Shown: positions 24,601 to 36,915 of the stretch, piece after piece
Layout: each line of letters starts with the position of its first letter
Position numbering within the stretch: position 1 is the stretch's first letter
Origin: Basidiobolus meristosporus CBS 931.73
Taxonomy: Eukaryota; Fungi; Basidiobolomycota
Assembly (NCBI GenBank): GCA_002104905.1
Contig: MCFE01000048.1
Location: forward strand, 124,001-188,000
Direction: 5' to 3'
DNA length: 64,000 nt
Position numbers and translations under genes: made by a program
Notes under the pieces: model-generated
The model's input: only the letters and a program-made list of their open reading frames with translations
Told to the model about the DNA's origin: nothing
The model's database searches: none

Positions 24601-25061
24601 CATTAACATGTATTTAGTATGAAGAAAAGACATACTCCACAAAAGAGGGGAGGTATTCTAGTTGGATTTCTAAATATAATTGCTCCAAAGATACTTTTTG
24701 TTCGAATTGATTTTGGAATAACTCCAAGCAAACACTGGATAGTAAACCCAAGAGATTGTTTTGGAATCCGCCTAAAAATTCTTGACCCAACTGAACTATT
24801 GGATCCATTGGCATCACTCACTGACAGTCGCTTAGGAATTCAGACGATACATACCATCATGGTGTATGAGCTTCAAAGGGTCGATTTTCAAGCGAACAAA
24901 GTACTGGGAAAACACGCCACTATCCTAGCAGTCAAAATTATTTTTGCATAAGCTACCAGATTTACAAATGCGGTATGAAGGCATACCTCGGCTTTTCGTC
25001 TCTTTGAGGATATTAGAGTTTCAGCCAATGCAGCTTCGTGGTACTTCAATATATCTACCAA
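21699..25061 (-). CDS. MCMDC2: MCMDC2-like (ATPase-degenerate MCM family) protein, many short introns; 5' end and some middle exons unresolved
   Basis: Hand-spliced exons: YFVRLKIDPLKLIHHD|VQLG...SVC...QLYLEIQLEYLP; FVQISGVIVE; YKCTNSGC...KICLTCQKQMSE; INLKLRGEMVNSLHKGDAIEAIGL; MLPESLWRTLKMSLLLS; LNILAITYGRIPALQRFLKYA; LSPQCEHLLKKYFLAYRR; TLVSLAIAYAK|LRL...EEAVMSVIMFD. These run in the same order as human MCMDC2 segments recalled from memory. Stop at 21701-21699. Confidence 0.75.
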
Positions 25062-27579
25062 CTATTAGAATCTAGTACGACGTGGAAGTCCAGTCTAGAT
25101 AGTTCATACAGCATTTTAGATGATTTCTGCGCACACTTTCAGGCTCATTGGAACCTGGATAAACATCGAGATTTGACCACAATCCTCTTGGCATTTCTAT
25201 ATTTACGCATTGAGTATCATTCTTCACATTGTCCACGTTTGGTAGCTGCATGTGTAACAAATCAAACAATTATTAAGAAGCACTCACACAAGGCCCCTGT
25301 CTGAAAAACTTGGAATTGAGATACCTTATATCCCCCAACACTATCACACATTGGATCCGTGGAGTCAAATAGACTTCGTAGGCTAAAACGGTCGTTACTC
25401 TTTGGAGAGGAGTTCATGTCTACACAGGTCGACTGTGAAAACGGGAAACGACCAATATATCGAAGCTACTGCGGAGAGAATAGGATAAATGCACGGTGAA
25501 TGCATGGTGAACGCATATAAGCATTGACTCGATAGATCTAATTTAGCTGTGAATTGGGAAGGAAGTGTACTACCCTTTTGCATAAAACCCAAACTGGGAA
25601 ACAATCAAATGCCTTGAGATCAAGCATCAGTATATGCTATGGCAAAGGCCGGTCATGCGGCGAGCCGGTAATTATTGGCACTTGCGCAGGTTTGTATGTA
25701 TAGGGATAAATCGGATAATAGAAGGTTAGTTATCGACAAGAGGACTAGCTTCATGAATATAGCACACCCAAGGAAGTGGACAGAGTAGGAGCCATCCATT
25801 CTGAAACTTCCTTTACTAGGTAGAATCCTGTCCTAGAAACGATTCACATTTGGCTAGATGGGTGATCCCCTGTCCTCAAACTGAATTTAAAGGGGGCGGA
25901 TTCTGGTACTTTATCAAGGCGCTCAAGGCAGACTTGTCAAACTCCAAGTAGCTATGCAGAGACTTGATATCAAGATCAATACATACAGCTGTGAACAGAA
26001 AAAGATAGATTGGTATGTACCCCGATGTGCACTTTATTATTCTCGCACCCAGATAAGGTGCATAGAATGTTCATTCTATCAACACTGTGAACATTGCGAA
26101 AGTTTACTAAAGGCATTCCAAATCAATTCAATGCGTTGCAGATCATGATTCATCTAGGGGAAATGTGAGAACACAAGTGATGTGGATACCGGCTGCTGGC
26201 CAGACGGCTGTATCCCGGAACTGAATACCCTCGAACGCAAAAACATGGGGAAATGGGATCGGGAGTATAATCGAGGAATCTCATCCCTAACTGTTGGTGC
26301 TCTCTACCGTCCAACCTTGTGTCACAATGACGATATCTTTCCAGAAATACTTTAGTGCAATCGACTCTGGATCCTTTTTCAGCCATAAATATCCTAAATT
26401 AAAGACTTGGGAGTGAGAAGGTTTCAGCAGAACCACAAGCATTTCCACTCAAAAATATCGTTCCTGTGGATAATTTAGCGAAAGCTCGATGCATAAGCTA
26501 TTCAGAAAGGGAGAAAAATGCCCAGCAAAGTTCAATGAAGGTAACTTATATGCAGTACCACACACACTTTCTAAGGCCCATTCATGAATTCACGCGTGCA
26601 TTTGAACCATGTCTACATGTTGGAATCTTCACCGTCGGGTGCGGACTCAACGGCAACGGTACCGTGGCACGTATCTGATGAATATGCCTTCGACCCGGCT
26701 ACTCTAAATGCAGTTTCCCGGACTCCAGTGCACATTCCAAATAGGGAGTTATGAATTATTACACATGCATCACTGGTACCAGATGTACATGCCCAGCTAG
26801 GAATCTTGCCAGCAGGGAAGAATATTACTGAATTTTCAGAATTTCCGGTTTGGAGGTAAGCATTTGCATCTACAGGAAGAACCTGGGATGCCAATCTAAC
26901 CTTCTTCGCAACCATTAATAGTACAAATGCCTGAAGAGTGTCTAAGGGTTTGTCAACCATATATATATCATTCCGACGGGGGTAGTAATCAGTCGATTCA
27001 CAATCAGAGAGATGAGGTTCTAGACCCTTTTTGTACAAAGCTCGCTCCCTCGCACCTCAGTATAACCAGACCAGATGGCTCTTTGGATAAACAAGTACTA
27101 TAATGGGTGATTTATTCTCCGTTCTCACCACTCAACCTGGGTTGCTTGCATCCATGATAATGGAAGTGCGCGAAAGGGGCCAGCACAAGTAATCTAATCG
27201 TTTTTGGAGGATTAATGAGGAATCACTAAGACATCAGTTGGGCTTGTATAGCATCATTCGCTCATTAATTCCCTCTTAATGAAAATGATCCAGTCCATGT
27301 TCTACTCCTCACCGCTGCCTTTGATTGGCCTTAGAGATGATCACACCCACTGGACCCTGGATCAATCATCAAATAAACGTTGCTCCTTGAAAAGCTGCCA
27401 TCCATCGGACTATAAAGCGCGCGCTGCCTCCAACATACTGCCAAGATTGCATTTGTGACTCCACAACTGAGCACCATCACTTTTTCCATCCTAGTGATCT
27501 CTCCTCAACACGCTTCCTACCGCTACAGCCACTTGATTCACCATTTCCACTCACTCGTCAACCCCCTGTATATCCAAGT

Positions 27580-29616
27580 ATGCTCTCCAACTACTCAGAA
27601 GAGCCTCCCACCAAAAAGCACCGCAGCATGATGCCTGGTAGCATATCACAGAACCCAGATCTAAACGAGATCTCTGGGAATTTCTTAGATCTCAGCAATC
27701 CAGCCTTTTCGTTCACGCAATCATACCCTCGAGAGTATGAGGACAGAATGACAAATATAGGCGCAGGCGATTTATCGACCAAAGATGACAGAGCCGAAGG
27801 CCCATTAGAAAAGGTGGATGTGGAACCGTCCGACGGCATCGAACAGCTTCCAAGAAACGAGGACACCTCGGACTTCCATGAGGAATACGATGAAGCAACC
27901 AATCAGTCTAAAGAAGACACCAGTGAAACCAACACAGTAGCAAAGGATAGCTCCCTTTCCGCATCCAATTCCACCAAGAAACGCACCAGGGCCACGCCAG
28001 AGCAGCTTGCCATTCTGGAAGACGCGTTCATGACCAATACATCACCCAACAGCAAGGTCCGGGAGGCACTTGCCGAGCGTATCAAGATGTCAGAGAGGTC
28101 GATACAGATATGGTTCCAAAACCGACGGGCCAAGGTCAAATTGATGCAAAAACGAACACACCTGCTACAGCAGGAAGCCATCAGTAGACAGTACTTCAAT
28201 TCATGTATGCCCATGTTCTCCAATGGGATCTACCCATTCGGAAGCAACGTGGGGTCTGGGATGTACGACAACAGCCGGTTTACCCCAATGATGGATATGG
28301 TGGGAAATCAGTGCGCCACTTCACCAGGCTCCTATCAATACACTGTCGGCCCAAACTCTAATGCATCCCCCTCCTTGTTAATGCAATCAAAATCAGGTGA
28401 GTTTAGCTTTAATTTAGAATTGTTTGCTACATGGATTGGTATCTAAATGTGCCATGGATATATAGTTGCTATGATGAGGAGCATGTCTGCCCCCACCACT
28501 CCCAATGCACCACTAACCGATGGCATCCACCTCTTTTCCTGTGACACACTTGGAGTTGGCACATGGAGACGCATGGCCATCACCAAGAATGATTTGCTCT
28601 GCTACTTCAACTTAAGTGAGAAAAAGATGTCTTGGCAGATCACCGACAACAGCAGCCGGTTTAAGATGGAGTTCCCCTTTTCAGCTGCGGCTAGTATTGA
28701 ATACAAAGCTATGGATGCCATCTTTGGACAAATAATCATTGACATCAACCAAGTCCCTGAATTCTCGATGGAGGTGAAAGTTGGCGGCAATCCGATATGG
28801 ACCGCTTGTCGTGATTTTACCGAAGGGAAACAAGCCTCAAGGTTCTTCCGACATGTCATACGCGGGCATGCGCAGCCGTTGAAGCGTCAACTCGTTACCC
28901 TGATGCAGGCTGACCTGAATTTGCAAAAAATCATCAGGATAGAGCAGCAATCTGGCATGCTTTCAAATGCTATTCCCATAGGGATGCCACAGCGACGTCA
29001 ATCATTCCCTGACAAATCTCTATCGAGCAACTTCGAGGCCAACAGTGCAAGCATACTTGCAGCCAGGAGGGCCTCAGTGGATGAATACATGACAAGACGG
29101 GCTGTATCTGTCCCCATGTTGAACATGATGAACATGAATGGCTCATCAAGAGAGTCGTCACTCTCTGTAGACATGTACAATAACTTGATGACTATCAATG
29201 AGAGCGAAAACGAGGCCCCGGTGAGTGGCTACACCAAGCAAGGCTTCAAGGAAGTGGCGGTGAACAGCATTATTTCATCGAACTACAGCGAAAACGACCT
29301 GGCATCACAACTCTCAACAACCTCCGCCACTGCTACGGGTGTGGATATCCCAACAACGGATGCGCTGATGTTGACATCCCCACTTGACCTATATCAGAAC
29401 CAAAGATATGATATGCTGTCGATAGCCTCCAGCATGGCCGTTCCTAGCTCTTTATCAACATCACTAGATGATAGCATGGTGCTGAATTCCATGTATCTCA
29501 TGGATTCCGTCAAGCCAGTCAACCCTCTCGGTGAGAGCGAACTGAGTAATGGAATGCTGGGGCAAATGCAGTTTATATCCTCAGAGGGGTTTGATCCCAA
29601 GGAGGGGGCCCAATAA
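27580..29616 (+). CDS. Homeobox transcription factor with PHO2-like C-terminal conserved domain; one intron 28397-28465
   Basis: Homeodomain KKRTRATPEQLAILEDAF...IQIWFQNRRAKVK. The phase-1 GT-AG intron joins the two ORFs in frame. LGVGTWRRM...DLLCYF...RFKMEFPF block typical of fungal Pho2-like homeoproteins. Confidence 0.9.
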
Positions 29617-30580
29617 GATTCCGAGAAGCCCTTTGTTACAAATCGTGGTTAGTTTTTTTGGATGGAACCGATTTTTTGATTGCATGTTATACCAGCCTTT
29701 TACAATGTAGAATAGTGTTTACTGTTTAATGCCCTGTTGCCAATCTATTATTCTATCATCTGCAGCTTCACGACGATCAGCTGGATTAAGCATCGCTGAA
29801 TGTCTGCTGAAATATACCCTTTCCCCGAGTCAGCCAAACATTCTCTATAAATTATTCCCCTCATTATTGCAATTCATCAGTATTGGCGAGGATTACTATC
29901 CCTTCGCTGGGTGCTCCAGGATTCGGATCGGCCTATCGCCGAATGGTACTAAGCATCCGTGTTCCCAAGAATGGGAAATCACTATTGCCTGTGTGCTCAA
30001 GGTAGCACAGAAACAGATTATCAGATAGGTTTCATTTCACACTGGAGGAAGTGAACCCACGCTGAGTCGACCACACATGCAAGGCACCTTTCAAATTGGG
30101 CCGCGCCATTCGGGCTTTTGTCTGGCACGCCTGCAGCTCTGTGGAAGAAGAATGTGGGAAAGAGCGGCATCCGGTAAGACGGGTTACCTTCCCTTACGTT
30201 TTTGGATTGCGATACGGATTCTTCTCACATGTGCAAACTCGCATTCCTGTTCAGAGATGGTTCCACAAACCTTTTCCTAAATTAAGTTCATACTAATGTT
30301 CTCACGTGAACTTCTATTCGTCAATCCCAAGCAAGGCTGGGATGCAAAAAGATAGATGCTGATTACTCACGGTAATGTTCACTCATCCACGCAGCTAGAA
30401 TCATGTACTACACGGTGAGAAAATTCGCTGAAGCAGGTGACCAAACCATTGAGCGCTGGAATGTTGCGCCATTTATGTAAACATTACAGCTTTTTAGGCC
30501 TTTTCATAACAATGGCATCAGTCTATAAATACGATCTACTGCTTTGCTTCAAATCACACATCTCAGCCCTTCTGCACATC

Positions 30581-32266
30581 ATGGTCAAGGTTGCCCTCTC
30601 AGCTCTTTTACTCGTATCCAGCGCACTTGCCTTGGTTCCTGAGGTCAAAGCCGGACCAGGACCCATCAGCTGCGATGCCATCACCAACTCCACACTGAGC
30701 ATCCACGAGCGCGTTGCCCGCTTCCAACCCGCGAATTTGAGTGCCGACCTTACTGGGTTTTCCAAACGCGAGCTTCTGGCTATATCGAAACTCCAGAAGG
30801 TTGCTCACATCATGGACAGACTCTACCTTCGCCAAGCCTGGTCGAAGAATGAAGAGCTACGCAACTGCCTGGAGAAGAAGAAGGACAAGGATCTGCTTCA
30901 GTTGTTTGACCTTTTCAAGGGCCCATGGGATAGAATCGCCGATAACGAGCCTTTCATCCAAGGCGTTCCTGGCCATCTAACCAACGCAAACTTCTATCCT
31001 GAGGACATGACTAAGGAGGAATTCGAGACCTGGGTCGCCACCCTATCCCCAGCCGACCAGAAGAAAGCTAAGGGCTTCTACCACGTTATCCGTCGTGATA
31101 GCCAAAAGAAACTGACCTTAGTCCCTTACTCAAGAGAATACCGAGACTTACTTATCCCTGCATCAATTCTCATGCAGGAGGCTGCCCTATTGGTTACCGA
31201 CGCATCTCTCAGGAAGTTTCTGTCTCTTCGTGGAAAGAGCTTTATCACCAACGAATACATCGAAAGTGAGCTTGCCTGGTTGAAGATCAGCCCGGAGAGC
31301 AAATTGGAGATCACCGTAGGGCCCTACGAGACCTACACCGATGGCTTGAATTCCTACAAATCCGCCTTCGAGATGTTCATCCATGCCCGCGACTTCGCGT
31401 CCTCCAGCCTCCTTCAGAAGTTCGAGCAGTCGCTCGCCGACGTCGAGGCCCAGCTGCCCATTCCTGATAACTACAGAAACAAAAACCTCAAGGCCACCCC
31501 AATCGTTGTTGTCAACGAATTGTACAATGGCGGTGACGTTGCCGTTCCTATGACCGCCGCATACAACCTGCCCAATGACGAGGACGCGATTGCCCAGGGC
31601 GGCTCCAAACTAGTCATCATCAAGAATGTCCAGGAACAGAAGTTCGCCTACACTTTAAAGCCCATCGCTGAAACCGTCATTGCTCAGGATCAGCTGAAGG
31701 ATGTCAACTTCGACGCTTTCTTCAACCACGTACTTCTCCACGAGGTCTCCCACTCCAATGGACCTCACCTCACTGTCGGCGGTAGCCCAGTCCCCATCAG
31801 ATCGAAGCTCCAAGAGTTGCACTCCACCTTGGAAGAGGCCAAGGCTGACATCACCGGATTGTTCGCAGCCAAGTATCTTTCCGGCAAGGGATTATTCCCC
31901 AACATCACAATGGAAAGCTTCTACACCACCTTCCTTGCCAGCTCCTTCCGTTCCATTCGCTTTGGTCTGAACGAGGCCCACGGTCGCGGCCAGGCTGCCC
32001 AGTTGAACTATCTGATCGAGAAGGGCGGTTTCAAATATGATGCTACCGCCGACAAGTTCAGCGTCGATTTCACCAAGATTGAGGAATCGGTCACCTCGCT
32101 GGTAAAAGAGATCATGACCATTCAAGGTGATGGCGATAAGCCTAAGGCCACCACCTTCTTGAATACCTATGGTGTTATCAAGGATCATACTGCCAAGGCC
32201 CTTGAGAAGTTGAAGAGTGTCCCAACCGACATCCAACCTGTCTGGGCTCTGGACAAGAAGCAATAA
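30581..32266 (+). CDS. Secreted M49 / dipeptidyl-peptidase III-like zinc peptidase (NUDT3 C-terminal / bacterial type)
   Basis: Intronless. ATG 30581 begins the signal-like MVKVALSALLLVSSALA. Zn motif LLHEVSH plus LEEAKAD; GPYETYTD and AAYNLPNDE motifs. Confidence 0.88.
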   Translation: MVKVALSALLLVSSALALVPEVKAGPGPISCDAITNSTLSIHERVARFQPANLSADLTGFSKRELLAISKLQKVAHIMDRLYLRQAWSKNEELRNCLEKKKDKDLLQLFDLFKGPWDRIADNEPFIQGVPGHLTNANFYPEDMTKEEFETWVATLSPADQKKAKGFYHVIRRDSQKKLTLVPYSREYRDLLIPASILMQEAALLVTDASLRKFLSLRGKSFITNEYIESELAWLKISPESKLEITVGPYETYTDGLNSYKSAFEMFIHARDFASSSLLQKFEQSLADVEAQLPIPDNYRNKNLKATPIVVVNELYNGGDVAVPMTAAYNLPNDEDAIAQGGSKLVIIKNVQEQKFAYTLKPIAETVIAQDQLKDVNFDAFFNHVLLHEVSHSNGPHLTVGGSPVPIRSKLQELHSTLEEAKADITGLFAAKYLSGKGLFPNITMESFYTTFLASSFRSIRFGLNEAHGRGQAAQLNYLIEKGGFKYDATADKFSVDFTKIEESVTSLVKEIMTIQGDGDKPKATTFLNTYGVIKDHTAKALEKLKSVPTDIQPVWALDKKQ

Positions 32267-32505
32267 CCTAATGCAACCATGCCATCGTGTAATTCACTGA
32301 TCATTTTGAAAAGGGATCATACTTGGGCTAACCTCGCCCTAATAAACTTTTTTGGTTTAAATTGGATTTAAAAGTTCGCATGGCCCCAATCCGATTGGGC
32401 TAGTTGTTACCGAGGTGATCAAAACACCTGGCTGCTTGACCACTCGAATTGTTAGGATTGCACTTGCGCAGAAATCACCTTTTGAACTTGCATAGCCAAG
32501 ACACC

Positions 32506-32945
32506 ATGACACAAATTATTGTTACAGTTGGTAAGTGGGTTTCCAAGCACTTCGTACCCGTCCATTTTGCTTTAACAAAAAGGCCAACGTAGTCGAGGCT
32601 CGGAATCTGAAGAACGCCGATCTCTTTGACAAAATCAACCCTGTTGTCAAAATCTACACTGGCCGTGGCTTTACCAGCAAGGGGAAAACCAGCGTTCGCA
32701 ATAATGACGCCAACCCAACTTGGAATGAATCGTTCAGCCTTAAGTTTGACAACAGTCACCACGAACTCCACGTGGAGCTTCGTGACCGCAAAATGAACGG
32801 CCTTGACAAAGACAAAGTCGGCACCGCCATCATCTCCCTGGCTCCGCTGGCAACCTCTGGGAGCATGGATTCCTGGCATTTGCTCACGAGCAAGCATGGC
32901 AAGTCAGTTGGCGAAATCCATCTGGCAATAATGTCACAAAACTGA
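32506..32945 (+). CDS. Small single-C2-domain protein, copy 1 (intron 32531-32592)
   Basis: Spliced MTQIIVTVVEARNLKNADLFDKINPVVKIY...NPTWNESF...LHVELRDRKMNGLDKDKVGTAIISL...W. Confidence 0.88.
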
Positions 32946-33470
32946 TTTAGAAGTCGTCTCCGTGGCTTGAATGGCTGGACTATCTGTTGGTTCTATACAT
33001 TATGCTGGGAAGCAACTTGTCAAGCTTTTCACCTACCGCTTTTTGAATAAACCATTTTTCTCTATAAGCAGCTGTCAACTAAGACCAGTCTTTGTACCTG
33101 GTGTGATGGCGTATGCTTGCTATGACTCATCCAGTAGTCAGACTAGCTTATTTGAGACAGGCCAATAGCACCGGCAGCCAATCATAAGACCGTCGGACTC
33201 TGTCTGCTATATTCACCTTCGGTTACATTCTGCTGCTCATCAGCCCAATGCATACATACGTAATGGTGGATTCCATAATCAGCCAGACGAAACGTTACAT
33301 AGGAGGAAACCTCGTGAAATATTGATTATGGTGTTTTATTGCCTTAATGCCCATTTATGCTGACGAAGACAAGTATGAGACAGGGGGTTGACGAGTGGCT
33401 TAGCCAAATATATAAATATTCGCATTCCTCCTGCGAAATGACCAAGTGCTCTCTTCCCCTCTACCTAAAG

Positions 33471-33894
33471 ATGTCCGCCCAAGTCACCGTTAGTAAGTGC
33501 ATTTCACAGAGGATTCTGATTCCCATGTACTTACATCCTACTAGTTGAAGGCCGTAATTTGAAGAACAACGACTTGTTCGACAAGATTGATCCTATCTTC
33601 AAGCTATATACCGGCCATGGAATCACCTCCAAGGAGAAGACCAGCGCCAAGAAGAATGATACCAACCCCGTCTACAACGAAACATTTACCCTCAAGTACG
33701 ACAACAGCCACAGCGAACTTCACGTCGAGCTCTTGGATAGGGAGATGATGGGCCTTGATACCGATAAGGTTGGCTCTACCATTGTTTCTCTGCAAGAGGT
33801 TGCAAGTCTTGGCTCCGTTGATAGATGGTACACCCTTCAAAACAAGCATGGAAAATCCGTTGGTGAGGTTCACTTGTTGATCAACATTGTGTAA
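33471..33894 (+). CDS. Small single-C2-domain protein, copy 2 (intron 33493-33544)
   Basis: Spliced MSAQVTVIEGRNLKNNDLFDKIDP...NPVYNETF...LHVELLDREMMGLDTDKVGS. Same phase-1 intron position as copy 1. Confidence 0.88.
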
Positions 33895-34926
33895 GCCTTG
33901 TGTAAGGAGAATTGAATGGACAATAAATCTGTATGAAATTCTCGCAGTTATTTCATGTCATATTTGTTTGCGTCACTCCCATCTCGGTATGTAAAATACG
34001 TCCTCTGCATATATATAGTTGGTAGTTGACTACGGGCACCGTACTACATGTAACATTCAAATCAAATGGGTACTGAAGTGCGAACCAATCATAAGGGTAG
34101 CCTATAATGTGTCTTCATCATTGGCGATAAAATCTACATCAAATGCCAATTAACCGAGCAACGCAAGGAACATCCTACGATGTGTACTCCGCAGACTTTT
34201 TTTAGCAAAAGTCATCAGTGGATTGACTGGTTTGACTGCTCAATGCACTAGCCTCTGTAGACCACAGATTGGGGGAAAGCATTTTGTTGGACTTCTCGGG
34301 TTTTACCTCACAGTGCGAAAGAGTTTCTTGGAATACGACTCACAACGGCAGCAACGAGGACTGAGATAGGATATACATACGTTGGATGAATACAAACCCA
34401 CATTTTTTCAACTGATGTTCGAAATCTCTATGTCTTAGTAAGAGAAAACGACAAGTACGGAACAAAGGCCACAGACTCGATAGAGCAATTTCAATCAGAG
34501 AAGGATTAGCGCTGCTGGATAAAATGAATCACATAGTCTGTTCGATGTTTTCAAGAAGTCAGATATGCCATTTCATACTGTGGGGGTTGCCAGTAAAGCA
34601 ATCTGAGTACCAACGTTAACAACCTTGTAAACAGAATTCACCATGTGTTGATTTGCAGGGAAGGCTTCAACTATGAAATCTGATACCACTCATTTCGAAT
34701 CCAATTATGGAGTAACTATATAGCCAATTGTTACGGACAAAAGCAGCGGGAATTAAAGCATTATTTACAGTGTAATCACGTGATGTTATCGGGTAACTTT
34801 GGATTTCATGTCCTTACCCTTCCACTGTCATTGGTTTTCGTGAAGTCTTATATAACAAGGGATTTTTCGCGTCCCTCAACCAGAGATCAAATACGGCTTC
34901 ACCAAGTGTATCGACCAGTTCCATCT

Positions 34927-35753
34927 ATGGACGACTTTGAGAAAGACGAAGTTCCTAAAATTGAACTTTCTTCTGAATTGTCTGATTCAGAGAGGTTTGT
35001 GTGGCTTCCGCAGATGGAAATCGCCCTTTTTCAAGCAATGGGAAGGAACAAACCGGTCGGTAAGTAACCGAAAAGAACCAGCTCCCTCTCTAAACCCTAT
35101 TCGCCTCTCGATTCTTACCCATTTCCGTCGCTTATCTAACGTAGGGATTCATAAACATTTTCGAATGGCCAATATCGTACGCCTGTATAACGCAAATAGC
35201 CCAGTGAAATGTACAGCTTCAGATATCTGGGAGTACCTTGGTGAATTATTTAACCTAGATTTTCTTGATGAAATGGTGCGTCTCGTATTGCGCAGAAATC
35301 CTCTTTCACTCCACTACAGACAGATAATAACCTGGCGTTTCTTTAGGAGGACGAGAGTGAGGAAGGCTACTATTATAACGGAATACCCGATCCCTTTGCG
35401 GAGAATGAGTTCTCACTTGATTCCTTTGAGTTTACTGATCCACCACCTGAAGAGGTAAAGCCTGAGCCTGAGATCATGGAAAAGGAGAGCTCGCCTACCC
35501 CCTCTTCGGCAGAAACCTCCGCCGTCTCCACTCCGGAGCCAGAAGGTAACTATAGAATTTTACACATATATCCCCACTCCCCCTGACCCAACCGAACGCT
35601 CATTTTAATGCAAACCAAGGGCTAGTCAAGCGTAATCGGCGAAGAACCCGATCCGACTCGAAGCCTTCTACACCAAACGTGTCCACCCGAAGACGAACCC
35701 GTGCTGCGTCCCCGGTTTCGACGAGAATTACTCGAGCCTCGGCAAAGAGATAA
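34927..35753 (+). CDS. EAF7: NuA4 subunit Eaf7 / MRG-binding protein (CT20 family), 4 exons
   Basis: WLPQMEIALFQAMGRNKPVG|IHKHFRM...IWEYLGELFNLDFLDEM. Introns 35060-35144, 35276-35346 and about 35546-35619. Basic C-terminal tail ends at TAA 35751-35753. Confidence 0.85.
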
Positions 35754-36915
35754 ATTTATTTGTATAGAGTAGCATAGATATTGTACAGCATACCGAGGCG
35801 TATTATTTAATTTCAATCCCTGCTATCAACTTGACATGTATCAACTTCAATAAATCTGCTCATGCAGTGATCACGTGCTGTTACCTCCGAATAACTTTGC
35901 TTAAGGCGACTGCTATATCAGGACCAGCTGTGTTAGTCGGGTCAGTTGCCAGTGGTCTCTTGTACTCTTTGCAAGAACTTCCTGAGTATACTCCATCCCA
36001 CTATAGTCAGTAATACCCTAGACTGAAGTTCTATTCTGCGGATAGGTTTTTGTATCCACGCACATTGCGAGAGTTTAGAGGTTCACTCCGTCGTTGAGGA
36101 CTGTTCAAAGGTAATGTATTAGCCACGGGAGATAGACCCCATTGCTGGACAATAGCAGCACTATCATTGTGGCCAACCGCCCTTTTATTACGTATGATAT
36201 TATGGATTCCCTTGAATCATTCAAGGAACCGAGATTGTATACGGTTGTAGTATTCAACTCCCCTCTGGCTGGAACTCCACTTGCCAACCAATCACACAGA
36301 ATAGCATAAGAATACCAATATGTTTGATATGGAAATGGAATAGAGGCAGTTTCGATTGTCATAGTAGCTCTGGCCATATTTAACTTCAATCATTACATCA
36401 TTCAAAGTCAAGCTTTATAGAATATAGCTTCACCGTCATGTTTACTACGTGGTGAATCACATGCAGCGTAGTCATCACGATGAGCTGGAAACTTCGATCA
36501 ACCACTTCACCGCCTCAATCTTCGGACTCACCTTTACCTATCACCATTTGGTTTGTTTCATCTTGGCATCATTCATGTAATGATTTCCCGCTAGCAAAGC
36601 TTGGAATTCTGTTTGGCCCTCAGCATATTCTCATTCGATGATCTTGACCGAAACTTCGCTACCATGATGGAAACATCTCGAATATCACGTGATTAGCATA
36701 CCGCAATCCAAACCACTGCTCCCTATAGAAATAATTACGAGAAATAGCTAATCTATGTTGGGCCCAACTGGTAGAAAATCAGAAAGCGCTCGGACTTTCT
36801 TATGGCCGACGACGTGTTCACAAGTTGACCAATCTAACTATGCTTGGCAACCGGATATAAAGCGGGGTTAGGTAGATGAGGTTTCCCAGTTCTCTCAATT
36901 ATCATCATCATCACC

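Noticed and set aside
19673-25061. CDC6 next to an MCM-family gene as an archaeal-style replication operon
   Set aside because: Both are intron-containing eukaryotic genes and the MCM-like gene appears to be the meiotic, non-replicative paralog. Adjacency alone is not evidence.
26970-27030. tRNA-like stretch (antisense translation GLEPHLSDCES)
   Set aside because: No consistent acceptor, D or T stems on either strand, and the anticodon stem pairs poorly.
35830-36760. Protein-like fragments between EAF7 and the WW gene; similar fragments at 38150-39000, 39800-41450 and 44530-46200
   Set aside because: Frames are interrupted by stops and no family motif was recognised.
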